Shown here: positions 1 to 13,333 of the stretch, piece after piece | Numbering within the stretch: the first letter of the stretch is position 1 | Layout: every line of letters begins with the position of its first letter | NCBI GenBank assembly: GCA_977017645.1 | Contig: OZ360230.1 | Location: 38,254,001 to 38,318,000, forward strand | DNA: 64,000 bases | Source of the DNA: Torpedo marmorata | Lineage: Eukaryota | Direction of reading: 5' to 3' | The notes under the pieces: generated by a model | Told to the model about the DNA's origin: nothing | Database searches by the model: none | The model's input: only the letters and a program-made list of their open reading frames with translations | Position numbers and translations under genes: made by a program

Positions 1-1941
1 TCTTTCTGCACACATTAGTCACAGGGACAAGGGAACACACCTACACATTTACTGTAGCAATCCACACCATAGAAGTATAAAATATATGCTTTCTTATGAC
101 AATATAAACTGTTGTACCTGCACCCATCCGGTGGGCAACATTTATTGTTTAAAATAACATAATATTCATAGTTACTCCTTAATATTTGAAAGAGACAATT
201 ATTAAACAAAATCACTGAATAATATGTACCGTTTAAAACCCCTACAATTATAAATCAGTCGAGATATTGTAAATATTAAGAGGTGGTGGCTGCAAACAAT
301 GTGTGTTTGAATTGTTAAAATGATTCTTTATCAATTATATTGAAAACACCCACACGTTTTAATGACAATTGAAAAGATCAGAAGATAATGCCAAATGTCT
401 GGAGTTTAAATGGGTTAGCATGCATTGATACAGGGATAAGGGCAAGAAAACTAAATGATCGGGTATTTCACTTGAATTTAGAAAAGACGTTCAAGCTGGA
501 ACTAATGCATTTTCAAATTAGAAAGATACTTGAAGAGGAACAATCATTAAAACCGAGAAGAGAGAGAGAGAATTGAAATCGAAACTATCCTGAGCTCTCA
601 GTGATTAAACGGTGCAATTAGTTAAGACACCTACTTCATTTAAAACATTCCCTTCCTCCGAAATGTTATTTTCATAGAATATATTTGCATTTCTTTGGTG
701 GGGGTGGTTTTATCTAGTAACGACTGAAGGTTAAGAGGCTAGTCCATGTTTACCTAACCTTCAAGCACTATAACATGCAAATCAGGCAGCCTCTACGGGA
801 GCTGCTCCAGGTCATTAACTTGCAATAACTTTCAGAAACGCACTACTGTATTGTAAGGTGCTGTTAGATTATTTTTAACCGAGTAAACCGGCCACCTCTT
901 TCCTCGCCTGGGCCGATCGCTTCACAGTTCATGGAAATTACGCAAAATGAGGGCAGCTGTAGAAGTCCAGAAACTGTATCCGTTCAAAGTCAGTTTGTGG
1001 ATAAAATAGTCGCGGCCTGTAACACTCTGGCCGTGCAGTGGAGTAGACTGCGCCCACCTTACTTCCCCGAAAGCTATCGCCGATCATTGAAGGAGGAGTT
1101 TGTGTCACGCTTTTTCCCAATATTTTACAATATATTAATATTAAACATGTACATTTTAAACATTTATGTATTGTATACTCCGCTCGGCATTTCAAAAACT
1201 TTGATGATCACACAAGGAGGGTAAAGACAGTGTTCTGTTTGTCCTGATAGATCATATTGGTAAACACCTGGAGCGACGTTATGCACATCTGTATGAACCA
1301 GAATGTCTTTCTGAAGATCGTGCTCCTCGGCCAGTCCCCTCTTGATAATAATTAGAGAAAGTTGGAGAAATCCGAGGGCACTGCGTTAGGGCCAGCGGGT
1401 GTCTCTCAAAACTCACTTCTAGCACTCGTTCTGGGGGACAGAACTCGTCAAGAAAAAACAAAGTGCGGCAGGTGCCGTTTCAAGCATAGTTGTTGGACAG
1501 GATCTCGATAACAAACGTATTTCTGTTTTGCCTCTAATTTGTGAAGATCCCATTCCCAATCTGGCGCCCGGTCTTCGGGGCGAACGATCAAGGGCAGAGA
1601 AATGTTCCAGCAATGCGGCAAGAACCCGCGGGAATTATGCATTGATGCACTTTATTTCTGCGTGGGTCGTTTTGTTTGAAGAGCAAACGCTGTTGGAGGG
1701 GTGCAGGCTTCAGGGAGTTCGCGGCGTTGAAGTTTCCCACTGGGCCAACCGTTTATTATCCACCGGTAGGGAGACGGTAATAGCGGGAGGTGCGTATTGC
1801 ATGTGTTGGGGGAAGGAAACCAATTATAAAACTGAATTGGAGGCGAAATGTAAGTGAACTGAAACGAAGAAATTTCTTTCAGTTTGTCGGCTGTTTAAAA
1901 GTGAAGATTGTTAAACTGATCCGTTTACCTGCAGGGAGCAC

Positions 1942-1955
1942 GAGAGAGAGAGAGG

Positions 1956-1979
<24 letters not shown>
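1942..1979. repeat. (GA)n microsatellite
   Basis: Directly visible. Confidence 0.95.
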
Positions 1980-1986
<7 letters not shown>

Positions 1987-2416
1987 TGTAGCGAGAGCAG
2001 AGGCTGCTGCTGCCCACCGCTGGCGGGGTTGTGGGGAAGGGCTGAGAGCTGCAGCCGCTCGCTTACCTTAAGGACGGGACGGGACGGGACAGAACGCTCA
2101 CCCGTTGCAAACAGCCGCAACCCTGCTTCAACTGCCGTTAAAAAAAATCCAAATCCAGTTGGTCCGGCTGCCCAAGGGCTTTACTCCCGGCTGATCCTTC
2201 CCCCCTGTTTCCCAGCCGGCCCTCCCTCCTGGTTACGGGGTGTTGAGCCTCTGCGCCGTCTCTCTTTCTCTCTCTCTTTCTAACACTCGGGGTGAGTTTA
2301 TTTGCCCAGCGCAGTAAAGCTCGGTCAAGGCCAGCAAGTTGTGAAGAATCGCAGAGTGGGACTTCGGGTGGGCAGTAGCTCCTGCGGGAATGGTCGATTC
2401 CTGTCCTGACCCGCTC

Positions 2417-2497
2417 GGGATGGGAGGGGAGGAGGGGGGGGGGGGTTGAAATTGGGGGAGGGGAGGGGGGGGGGTTGAAATTGGGGGAGGGGAGAGG
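2417..2497 (+). other. G-quadruplex-prone tract with duplicated GGGGTTGAAATTGGGGGAGGGGAG unit
   Basis: Many runs of 3 or more G with short loops; the unit occurs twice in tandem. Confidence 0.75.
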
Positions 2498-4276
2498 CGA
2501 CGGGTACAAAGCTACTGTTCAGTCTCTGGACCTGCTCCGTGTGATTCGGGGAACACATCCATGCAAACACGCGGCTCCCCTGGACCTAAAGCGCCCTTTC
2601 CCTTTCCTGTCCTCTGTCTCTCTGTCTTTTCCTTTCTTCTCTCTCTGATGAAGTGTCAGAAGCGTCCTCGATCGCTGAGGTCAGCGAAAGGTCGTTATTG
2701 GAGAGAGATCTCCTGGAGAGCTCATTAAAAAGACAGTAACCCGGTGACCGGCTAACATGGGCTGGATTTAAAGAGACAGCGTCCCCTTTCTCTCTCGCTC
2801 TCTCTCTCTCGATTATATTACCTTAAACTGGAGCAAGGATGGAATAAAAGCTCCGTCTTAATAACAAGCCTATCAGTAACCAACAGCGGCTCGGGCTGAC
2901 AAACACGGCTCTGCTGCGGCCACACTCCCACCGCCAAAGCATTATCCAGTTAGCTCCTCGGTTCACCCCCCCCCATCCCCGTTAACACAATGAAGATCAA
3001 TAACTAATCAGAAAGCGAACAAAAACAAACCCAATCTGAACGTGCAAGCCCATTTAAGAACTTGTGATTAAAGTTTGCTGAGAAACGAAAGGAAGTTAAA
3101 TATACACATTGACGTCTTCAAAACCTTTGTATTTAATAACAGTTGTTTTAGATTTTTTTTTAAAATAAATAAAATAGTGCGTGGCCCAAAGATCAATTTC
3201 ACGGAGATGTGTTAATCTTTGTTTTATGATTATTTCCTCCCAATAATCCTGTCTCGCTCCCAACACTCCTGCTCCACAAGGTTTATGTTTACACAAATCA
3301 CTTGCTGAAATCGGATCTATGCCCACAGAGAGCTATCTCGATTTCCACTTTTACTGAAAGGTTTCATCAAATGAAGAGACTTTAAACCCTTGGGCCTGGG
3401 AGACAATAACTGAGTTGCCTTAGACTGGATTGCACAGTCTGTTAAACAAGCGGTACTGCTATTATTCTTCTGAACAATTCGACGTATTTGTATTCAGTAA
3501 TAAATGGGATCCGTTCCCATTGATGCAGCTTTGGCCAGACTAACGCTGCCTTGGAAAATAAGCTGAACAAGAGCTGCCAAAGTGAATAGGTTGGGACAGG
3601 CTGGGGGCCATTTTCCCGTAGCCCCCGGGTACGCATCATCAGCGAATAGAGGCAAACTAGAAGTTGTGCAAAGTTTACGTTTCGGAGGGCTAGGACTGTT
3701 AAAGAGTATTGAAGCGGTTGATTTTCGGTTGAAAATAGCTCATTGCTAAATAAATTTTCCAAAAGATAAAATACGCGTAAAACATCAACACGGATTACAA
3801 TAGCATTGAAAGTGCTTTATCTATACATGTTAAATAATACTTATACATACCCTTCAACGAATACTTACAGAGGCACAAATATATTCAGGCACAGAGGTGC
3901 ATGCACTCGGATAGTCAGGCTCTTTAGAAAATAAACTCATTTCAGCACAAGCAGGAAGAATAGATCAGAGCTCGCAAATAGGAAAAGGATTTCCCATGAA
4001 CAAACGGATCAGTCAGTGTCTGTGGCATTCCTTGCTGCACCCTTGAGTTTATCCGCACTGACGGTATTCCAATTCTTTTATTCTGATGGCCTCGGGGGAG
4101 AGCGTCCAACTATCTGCTAATTGACTTGTTCAACATTTTACAAGGTGCTTCAGTCACAGAGGCCTTTCACCGCTTGGTTACCTTTCCTGTTCTCTCCAAG
4201 TCCAGGACCCCTCCTTCACTCTGCCACCCCAAGTCTTCATGTAAAATTATCTTTCTGTTGCAAATCCCCATAGGAC

Positions 4277-4350
4277 ATTTATACCATTACCTTTATACCA
4301 TTTAGTAAAGATATACCATTTGTACCATTATACCATTTAGTAATGGTATG
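4277..4350. repeat. Short imperfect tandem repeat of TACCATT with one inverted copy
   Basis: TACCATT occurs five times, followed by AATGGTAT. Confidence 0.8.
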
Positions 4351-5370
4351 AAGGTAAATGATACTTTCCGTTGCTTGTGGTTAAAGCACACAGACTTTTA
4401 TCAACAGCGTCTGCATCGAAGTATTGTCAATTTTCCCAAAACCTAATCTACTGATGTTAAACATTTAATGGAGAATACACTGGTGTTGAACCAATAAAGA
4501 CAGGTGTGGGCACTTTTCAAATAGCACTTAAAAGCTTCTATCGCGCGTTTTATTAAAAAAAAGATGCAATCACTGTTTTATTCCACGGTTATTCATAATC
4601 TGAATGTCGGAGAGACTTTCAAGGATCTACTGCGTGCTGCCCCTTGTATTTTACTGTTGCCTTCCTCCGGGTTAGTAACTTTTCTGGTGCGAGGAACATG
4701 CAGTGATAATATGAGTCGTGCCAAAAGAGCACGCCGGTTTTACTTTTATAACTTTAACTGAATAGCTCCTTCTGACATTGCGAAGGATTAAAAGGAGACA
4801 TTGTTATTTTTTATATTATCAGGTTGAAATTTTTTTGTTGTTGTGTGTTGGGATTACTGTTGGCTTTAAATGCGACGCCAGGTATTGTCGGATAACCTCC
4901 GGGACTCCTTTGTAAATAGCACCAGAACCTGGCCAGAGATTCCCATAGCCTCGCAGTGCTGAGAACCTTCACTAAACCCCGGTTGCTGACCGCCAGTTTC
5001 CTGTCGTTCCTCAAGATGTCCATTGTTGGAGCTTTTTAATTTAGCAATAAATTGGGCAAGCTGGACCTATGAGCTGTTCTATTTTCTTCCTGTCAGGATG
5101 AGGGATTTGTTTTATGATGCATTGTGTGTTAAATAGAAGGAGCAGTGAGCTGGGAAACTGATTCTATTCTGTGGAGTTGTTCTGCTTTTCTGATATAGAG
5201 TGGGGTTTTTTAAAAAGAAAGAGCACGGTTCTCTGAAAAGCAGGAAATGTTGCTGTGTAAACAAAAGCGTCGAGTATCAGGAGCACGTCCTGGGCAAATT
5301 AGCTTTCTATTGATAAGGCTGAGACTGGGAGCTGGACTGGGTTTTATGATGTGCCAGTGTCAGAAACCAG

Positions 5371-5384
5371 CCAGCAGATGGCAA
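5371..5384 (+). promoter_or_regulatory. Candidate CTCF site
   Basis: CCAGCAGATGGCA matches the CTCF core CCASYAGRKGGCR. Motif match only; it also contains the E-box CAGATG. Confidence 0.45.
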
Positions 5385-8149
5385 TCGCAATCGATAGTAA
5401 AATGACCTGACACTATTTTTCGATTTTTAGCCAATGGACCATTTGCTTTGCACATATAACCAATGAGCCCGTCTCCACTTTCATGTGAACTGCTGTCGTT
5501 TTAATTGTGCTTGGGGAAAATCTCATAACTTTCAGATGCCTTTTATTTCATTTTCCTGGATTGGGATTCTGCGTCTTAGTCTCCTGTTTATTTGACGCTG
5601 GTTATCTAGAAAGTTGTTCTGCCCAATTGTAACCCAAGAATAGTCACAATAATGCCAAGATCACTTGACGATGAAACCGAGTAGCTGAGGGGTTACTGGA
5701 CAATTGACTGTGACATCATGTACTTAGCGGAAAAGTCACAGAAAATCAGGAAATTACTTCTTAATAACTGAAGATGTGAAGTATTGTTAATGGAAATAAC
5801 TCGGCCCTGCGGCAACGTTTAAAATCGCAATGGTCAAGAAAATTTAAATGGACAATAATTAATCACAAACGACGTTTTCTTCCTGAAAGACAATTGTCAA
5901 TATTACGTTATTACATTTGCACCTCGTTATAAAAGCATAGACGCTCTCATTCTCTTGCAAATATTAACGTGCAATTATAGGCACACAGAATACACACGGA
6001 TTTTGAATCACTTCCACAGATAGACGTACTGACATTCACATTTATCTAAAGTAATTTACACACACGCTCAGATAAATGTGTGGACATATTCGCCTGGACA
6101 GAAACACGCCCACAAACATGCAGAGGGAAACTCATACACTTACTAAGAAAATACAATCCCTGAGGAGATATCCGCTCACACTCTGTTGTAATGGCCTTCT
6201 GTATAAAGACATCCCCCTGTATAACAATGCATCCAGATCTCAAATTCAGCACCACATTTTATCTTAGGTCGCTGGGGATGGGGAGTTCAGAATCTGGGTT
6301 ATTACTTGGTGGTATCCCCCAAAGGAAAACATGGTGTGTAAAGGCTGGGCAAGAAAGTTTGATGCGTTGTGTGATGTTCTCTGTAGTAAACAGGCTATCG
6401 GCACTCACTCTTGAAGCTCACTGTCAACTATCATTATTAAATTGCAAAGGACTACTGGAGTAGATTCGTGAAACTGTACCAAGTTAGAGTCAAGGGCAGG
6501 CTGAACACCATGGCAGGCATTGGTGTAAAAGGTTCAGCAGCAAACGGGCAGCCAAACTTACATTGCGTTTGATTTTCTTTTCCACCGATTTCAATCGAAC
6601 AGGATATAGGTTTGGTGAAAACAGGCTGCCAATTCTCTGTTGCCAGTGTTGCTTTACTCCATGGTTTTAGGAAATTGTAAAGAAAATCTACTGAATAAAG
6701 AGGGGGCGCAGACACAATCAAACACAAGGACGTTTTGACTGTCAGGGTACTTTATAGCCCTTATCTGGAACAGTTGTGGGGGCTCAAGGGCATACCACTT
6801 CAGTGATAACAGCCAATTGTATTCGATCCACTTAAATAATAGCCACCAAAAAGGGACATTTTCCCCCAACAATCTCACAAACTGAATTTTCCAGACATAA
6901 CAATAGTCTATGGAGACTTCTTTACGACAATGCATTTGGACATCTCATATCACCTCACATCTCTCAAATTGCTGATTTTACTTCAACAAACATCTGAAAA
7001 AAACATAAATACAGACAGTAACACATATTCAAATAGCATTAAAACATGCACACAGCCTGAATAATACTGACAGCCTCAAACACATACTGTGAGAGGACTC
7101 TTGAATACACATATTAAAATATAATGCAATGCATAATTAAGAAAAAATACTCCTTTGGCTGTTTGAGTCTTCTCTAAAATAATAAAAATAACACTGAAGT
7201 AATTGTCATACAACGTGTCATATTAACATGTATCATCTCCCTTTTAAAATGAACAAGGATTTTTTTTTAAGAAGAGCCCTTCCTCTTGAAACAACTTCTT
7301 GCCAAACATTTCCTGAAAATATGCAAGAACACCAGGGAATTTCAGAACAGGAAAAGGCCAGTAGTCCTGCAAACCATTTTTTTGGGGGGGAGCGACAAAC
7401 ATAAATATAGTAGTTTTAAGACAGGCAATGTCCCAAGACATTTGACAGGAGGACTGAAATAAATGAATCGATACTGAGCCATAAATCAAGGGGGAGTTGA
7501 TGGGCATGAGTGAGAGAGAGCATGTTGCAGAGTTACAGGAAAATGGGGAAAGCAGCTACAGGACATGGGATCATTCCCATAGGAGCGGGCATGTTCAAAT
7601 TGCCTCCATCCTTCTGTTGAATAATATACCATAAGATAAAAAGAGAGATTAGGCGGGGCAACAGGAGGCATGGCTTAAAGGTGGATTTTGCTAACATTGT
7701 TAAAGGTACAGAAAATGGTCAAGAGGGTTTGTCCCTGAGGAAATGTGCCTAAATAATTGACAAATGGTGAGTTAATGATCTAAGTCAGAGGAATTAAAGG
7801 CATGAGAGGAGTTGTAAAGTTGGAAAAGGGTAGTATTATTGTAAGGGAGGAAGGAAGTCGAGTAGCAAAAGGTGAATATTACCTTCTCCCCATTGGTCAA
7901 TAATTTCCTATACCCCTTTTCATTATCTGCATCACCGATCTTTCTTAATGGCATTCTTTGAATCTATTATGCCTTAGGTAAAAATATCATACCAATTTTC
8001 TCAACTTCCTTCATCATTACTAATTTTGCTCATTTGGGCCCACCATTCTGTAGGATTTCCCTTGACAGTCTCTCCAACTTGGTATGCTGGAATCCTTTAT
8101 TCACCTTTCCATCATCTCTCTTTACTCAAAGCACTTGAAGCTTCATTGG

Positions 8150-8470
8150 TCATCTGTGGGCAGACTTTGCTGCGGTGACAGATTTTCTTCCCTGAATTAG
8201 AGCATTGGATTTTTTTGGCAATCCAAGAATAGTCATGATTAATAATACCATCTTTTCTTAAATTATAGATTTACTTTATTACTAAAATATGGACCTAGTG
8301 TGGACAATGGGATTAATGTAGATGGGGAAAATGTTGGTATGAAACTGGTGGGCTGAATGGCCTGTTTCTGTGCTCTTCAACTTCATGATTCAATGAATTT
8401 AATTACCTTGATGCTGTGGTGGAATTCAAACTCTTTTCTGGGTCAATGGTCCAAGCATCTGGGCTATTTA
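8150..8470 (-). mobile_element. Highly decayed tRNA-derived SINE with a short + strand CR1 3' tail (~8296-8392) inside
   Basis: B-box-like GAGTTTGAATTCC on the minus strand near 8420-8432; CR1-type tail GGGCTGAATGGCCTGTTTCTGTGCT; resembles the remnant at 19370-19530. Confidence 0.4.
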
Positions 8471-8659
8471 AAAAAAATCTGGCACCCTTGATTATGCCTA
8501 ATATATGGTAAACATAGCGCCTGAACGTGGTGCTGTTAAACAAGCTGCTCCCAGTTGATCTTCCCCTTGCATTAATTATAATCATTCTGCTCTCTTATAA
8601 ATCTACTCTAACACTACCAGAATGACTCATGTTGTTCTCGATTGTTTCAGGTTTGGGAT

Positions 8660-8850
8660 CCTCGGCCCTTTCCTGGTAACACTATACCTTGTGCTCTTTG
8701 GCTTATTTTAAAATACTATACCCAGCAGTTTTGTTTTCTTCTTGCACTACCTGTTGTACTTAAGTATGGGTTGACTTGCCTGGATAGCACACAAAACAAA
8801 GATTTTCATTGTATTTTGATGAACGTGACAATTCAATTCAATTGAATTCA
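8660..8850 (+). mobile_element. Rex1/Babar-like LINE 3' UTR fragment
   Basis: TTGCACTAC...GTGACAAT followed by a (TTCAA)n tail, similar in layout to the 3' ends of the larger Rex1-like copies here. Confidence 0.45.
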
Positions 8851-11177
8851 GTCGTTATTCCTAATCTTGTTCCAGTTTCTGTTAATGTCTGCAATTCTCC
8901 GAAACGTTTTTTAAGCATCTCGACATAAATTCATTAATATTCACTGGTAGTCATCGTTGCAATGTTGATATATCTCTGGTATTTCCATTTTTGAAATTTT
9001 TACTTCAATCATCTTAGATAATTAATTTCCTTCATAATCCCCCAAACCAGAAAATCTCATTCACTCCCTCTTCAAGAAAATATATCCAACGCTTAAAACA
9101 AACACTGCAATTTAAATGTAAGAAATTCGAAAACATCGTTTTTAATCCCAATAATCGTCAAATCCCATTCCAGGGCGTTGGACCGATGGCTGGGAAACGG
9201 GTCCATGAGCTTTGCTCAGCCCGTTGAGTCCACCTGTCCTCCCATTCCCGCGGGTCGCCCACTGAAGGCGCCAGGAGATTGCACATGGGAGCCAGCTGCC
9301 CCGAATTGAACTCCATTTGAGTGCCAGCACAAAATAAACCTGCGTGTCCTTCCATTAGAACCACACAAAGTTGTGATGGACCGCCGGAGATTTGGAGGGA
9401 TTTTCAACGAAAACGGCAAAGAACCTGCGCTAACCTCATTTCAAAGAGGCGCCGCCGACAAACTCGACCTTCCAAACCATCCGCCGTCAGCGCAGCCACG
9501 ACACCAGTGTACGCCTTTCGAGAGACTTCGTGTTTGATGAGATTCATTGCTTCCTTTGGTTCACTCATTCAATAAAGATAATTATGTAAACCACATTCAG
9601 GGTGGGTTTAAACTGTTTAGTGAAACATGGCTGTATTGAGGCCGCAGACCAATTGTTTACCTTAAAATATGATTCCCTGCAGTTACAGCGTGTTTCGCAG
9701 ACCCATGCCACATGTGCATACATGTGTACAGTGTATCTGCGACTATACAGGTGTTTGGGTTTGTGATTCTGCCTCTGTACACATACGTGTCTGTTGTGCA
9801 TCTCCAAATAAATCTGAGAAGTGAGTACGAGATGGACGCTAGTGATTTGAATTCTCATCTGCAGCCTGATCTTAATTTCAGCCACTTCATTTCGACTTTG
9901 ATATTTGTGTTGGATTTGAATCAACCTGGCACTAACACCCACTTGAGTCGGGGACCCTGATGAGTGGGTCCAGCGACCCGAACCAGTCATATGACACAAT
10001 CAGAGTCTCATGGGACTGATCTTCTCTCCTCTCGACTCTCAGCAGACCACTTTCCTCATTAGTTTCACGCATTCCCCAATGGCACTTTTCAGTTCGACCA
10101 GAAAGGGAACAAAACGCGCCTCGTTTCCTCGCATCTTTCCCCAGTTGGCCGCAAGAGGACATTTTTCATTAGCCAAGCAAAGAGGTGATGTGTTAATCAG
10201 AGCCGGGGAAGGAACGCGGCGACCTGCAGCTCCTGCGGAAACCTTAACATCAGTGAACCTCCCAGTGCCAATTGACCAGACCGTGAGCGATCCTTACACT
10301 CATTTACACGGTGGTTTGGAAACATTCTCATGAATTGTTTTTTTAAATGCCGCTCCTTACAATACAAGGTTTTACAAGAGGTTAACAACGATAACAGACT
10401 AATTCAAGCGGCGGTGTCGAGACTGCTAGCCATGCTGTATTCGGAGGGCCGCCTCCAATCCGAAGTTGTACTTTGATGGTGTTGACGACATCCTTCTGGA
10501 GTTGAAGCAGGATGTCGCAAAATCATGAAGGGGGTCAATACATTTAATAATATTTTCATAACGTGGAAACATATTCATTATTAAAAATAAAGTTAAAATA
10601 ACATTTTGCTTGTTAAGGTTAGAATAAGGTCAAATTTTGATTCGTTCCCCTTTTAAAAATTAAATGTTGAATAACAAATTATGTGCATTATTTGTGTGCT
10701 CTGGACGCCGAAATGCTGATATTATATTGATGGGTGTGTGCGCAATTTTATCTGATTGTGTGTAAAAGTAAAGGACTGCATTATGTAATGGCCGTCTTTT
10801 TGTTCTAATTATTTACATGTGTACGGACGCTTAATTAATGGGATCTGTGGATGCCAGGCACTGGGAATCTGACGCTTCGGTATAAGATTTTGTTTAAAAT
10901 GTACAAACATTGCCCGTTTTCCTGAATCCAACGTGTGCTATCGGGAGAGTTACGGGTTATGTTTTTCACCACAAAATATCTATCCCGTTGATTAAATTTA
11001 TCAAACACTTTGGATCTGACTCTATGCCCGGAGCTCCAGTCAAAAGGAAGCAATCTCCTATTCGCACAGGCTGCTGGAGGGAATACCAAGCCGCTGGATC
11101 GACATTTAATTGCTCGCACGTTTCATGGTGAATAATGCGCAGATTACTTTGGGAAGTTTGAAAATAACTAAGAATCT

Positions 11178-11213
<36 letters not shown>

Positions 11214-11248
11214 CACACACACAGTATATATATTCATATATATATATG
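11178..11248. repeat. (TA)n/(CA)n microsatellite
   Basis: Directly visible. Confidence 0.95.
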
Positions 11249-12145
11249 AATTGAGAATCAGAACGATATTTTAATTTAAATATTAATAAAGAGAGGAAAA
11301 GAACGATTGTAACTGGATTGTAATATTAAAATAATTGCGATAAAGACAGACATCTTTTGCGAAGTTAATTGCCTGAAACTGTTAAAATTCTCTTCCCTGG
11401 AAGGATTTGCTTATCCATTGGATAAAAATGTGATTACAAAGGGGAAATACTTAGAGTTACACTTTATTTTGTCGTTTTCCTCGTTCCAAACGTTTCAATT
11501 TGTGACTGTTTAAAATCAGATTAAATTAAATCGATTTTGGATTTCACGCAGAAAGTGCTCCATTTGTCTGGATCCTGTGTTTACTTTCTGTCAATATTGT
11601 GACACTGTTCCTCCATTTACAGTGACGGGATCTCCGTGTTTGCTTGTTTTTGCGATTCTTTTCCAAGATATTTGTTGGCCTCGCTTGTTGCGATGGTGTG
11701 GCTCGATTGCCATTAATCATTCCCACAATTACCAGAGCTCGGCACGGTTATACTTCATCAACTTTTTTTTTCCGTTCACTTCATTAAAACGACACCTTCT
11801 CTGATTAAGCAGGACACACCGAGCTGAGGAACTGGAACGGATCGCTGTGTTGAATGGAACACCAAATCGGAAACCAGAGCAAGGCTATTTTTTCCGGAAC
11901 CTTTATTCAAGCTTTTCACTCCTTATTATATGAATATACTTTTTTTTATTTTAAAATCTTTCTTTCTCTCATTCTTTGTTCTCCCCGAATCCCGCAGCGA
12001 TTTCCGTTTCACTTTCCCTGATCAGTGTCAAAGCGCACAGGACAAGTTTCGCCAATCGGTTGTCCTGACTTTACAAGGGATCGGAGAACGGAGAAGGCCG
12101 TCGGGAGGTTGGTATCAGTCAACTGTTTATTGCTGCACGAGACTT

Positions 12146-12179
12146 TTTAATTAATCATACATATATATGATTAATTAAA
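12146..12179. repeat. 34-bp near-perfect AT-rich palindrome
   Basis: TTTAATTAATCATA-CATATA-TATGATTAATTAAA. Confidence 0.9.
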
Positions 12180-13205
12180 CACACATATATAATATTCCAC
12201 AAACACTCGTTGCGGTACCCAATCCTTGATTCAGTGTTACCTGCTCGGACATTTAGTTGGGTCGGGTATCGATTTCAGTTTACGGTTGATGTCCGGTAAA
12301 CATTTCAGTCGGGCTTTTGGATTGGATGAAAGACCGGCTTCGACATATCTAACATTCCGACGTACATTTAAAGAGGAGGGGGGTGGGGGGTTATATCAGC
12401 TTAAAGCATTGAAAAAATTAGATATTCATTGGTAATGAAAATGTCAGATGAGGGATCACTTAACTGAGTTGTCCCTTCGTTGAAACAATTTAATTATGAC
12501 GTAGAAAAAAGGCAATTTTTAACTAAAACGTAAATACAGTGCCAGTAGAGAGAATAAAAACTAACGCAAGGAGAGAGAAATTCAGCCTCAAATATAAATG
12601 GTCAAAACACTGTGTGTCAACATGCAGCGCCTAGCAAAGGAAAACGATGCTACTTTGTCCACAATATGACTGTCTATCGTGTTCCTAGAAAGTGCTAAAG
12701 AGGAAACAATCCTGAAGCATATTTTCCTTCAATAGTTATAAAAAAATGACTGTAGACGATTATCCGAGTTTTTAAAGGAAAAATGATCAAAACGGGGAGG
12801 ATTGGAAACCTCAGCTCCTAATAGTGCAATTAGTTCATTTATATAAATCAGATGCAGATGAGATTTACTGTTGCAAATTATATCGTTAGGTATTCATCGT
12901 CAACAGTTTCTACAAACAGCCCGGTTACATCCAAGATCTGTTTCTGCTTCCCTGGAATTAACATCAATCCTAGTAAATGCAACTTCACATCCCTCCAGAC
13001 AAATGGAAAATATTGCCCACAGCCCTGGGATGTGAAAACTGCGGAGTCAAATCTATTTACAAAACAGGTTTAGAAACTCATCGACTGCACTAATCAATTT
13101 AGATAAAATATTGGATTCTAGAGACATGAAAACTTTGACTTATACATTGTCATTGAAGTTCGCATGAGCCCTTCGCCAATTCTTGAACACACAATGAGTG
13201 TGTAT

Positions 13206-13333
13206 ATCTGAGATCGAAGTATGTAAATACATACAGTACACACCCACACACACATATATACATACATACACACACGTATATACAGTATATGTATATATGT
13301 GTGTGTGTATATTTGCACACTTCGATCTCAGAT
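13206..13333. repeat. 128-bp foldback: perfect 15-bp terminal inverted repeats around a CA/TG microsatellite core
   Basis: ATCTGAGATCGAAGT ... ACTTCGATCTCAGAT, with imperfect pairing continuing inward. Confidence 0.9.

Larger units (their letters stand above)
880..2950 (-). promoter_or_regulatory. CpG-island promoter / 5' non-coding region of an unidentified gene, probably transcribed leftwards
   Basis: High CpG and GC density, GA/CT microsatellites and a G-rich tract. Three minus-strand donor-like sites: AAG|GTAATA (2822/2821), AAG|GTAAGC (2067/2066), CAG|GTAAAC (1929/1928). No credible ORF. Strand is inferred from the donors only. Confidence 0.55.

Noticed and set aside
1820-1831. CCAAT plus TATAAAA as a + strand core promoter
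   Set aside because: The two boxes abut with no normal spacing, and the nearby donor at 1850 would precede the expected start site.
5589-5600. TGGTTATCTAG resembling part of miR-9
   Set aside because: Only a partial match; the rest of the mature sequence and the hairpin are absent.
6245-6254. REST/NRSF left half-site TTCAGCACCA
   Set aside because: The GGACAG right half is missing.
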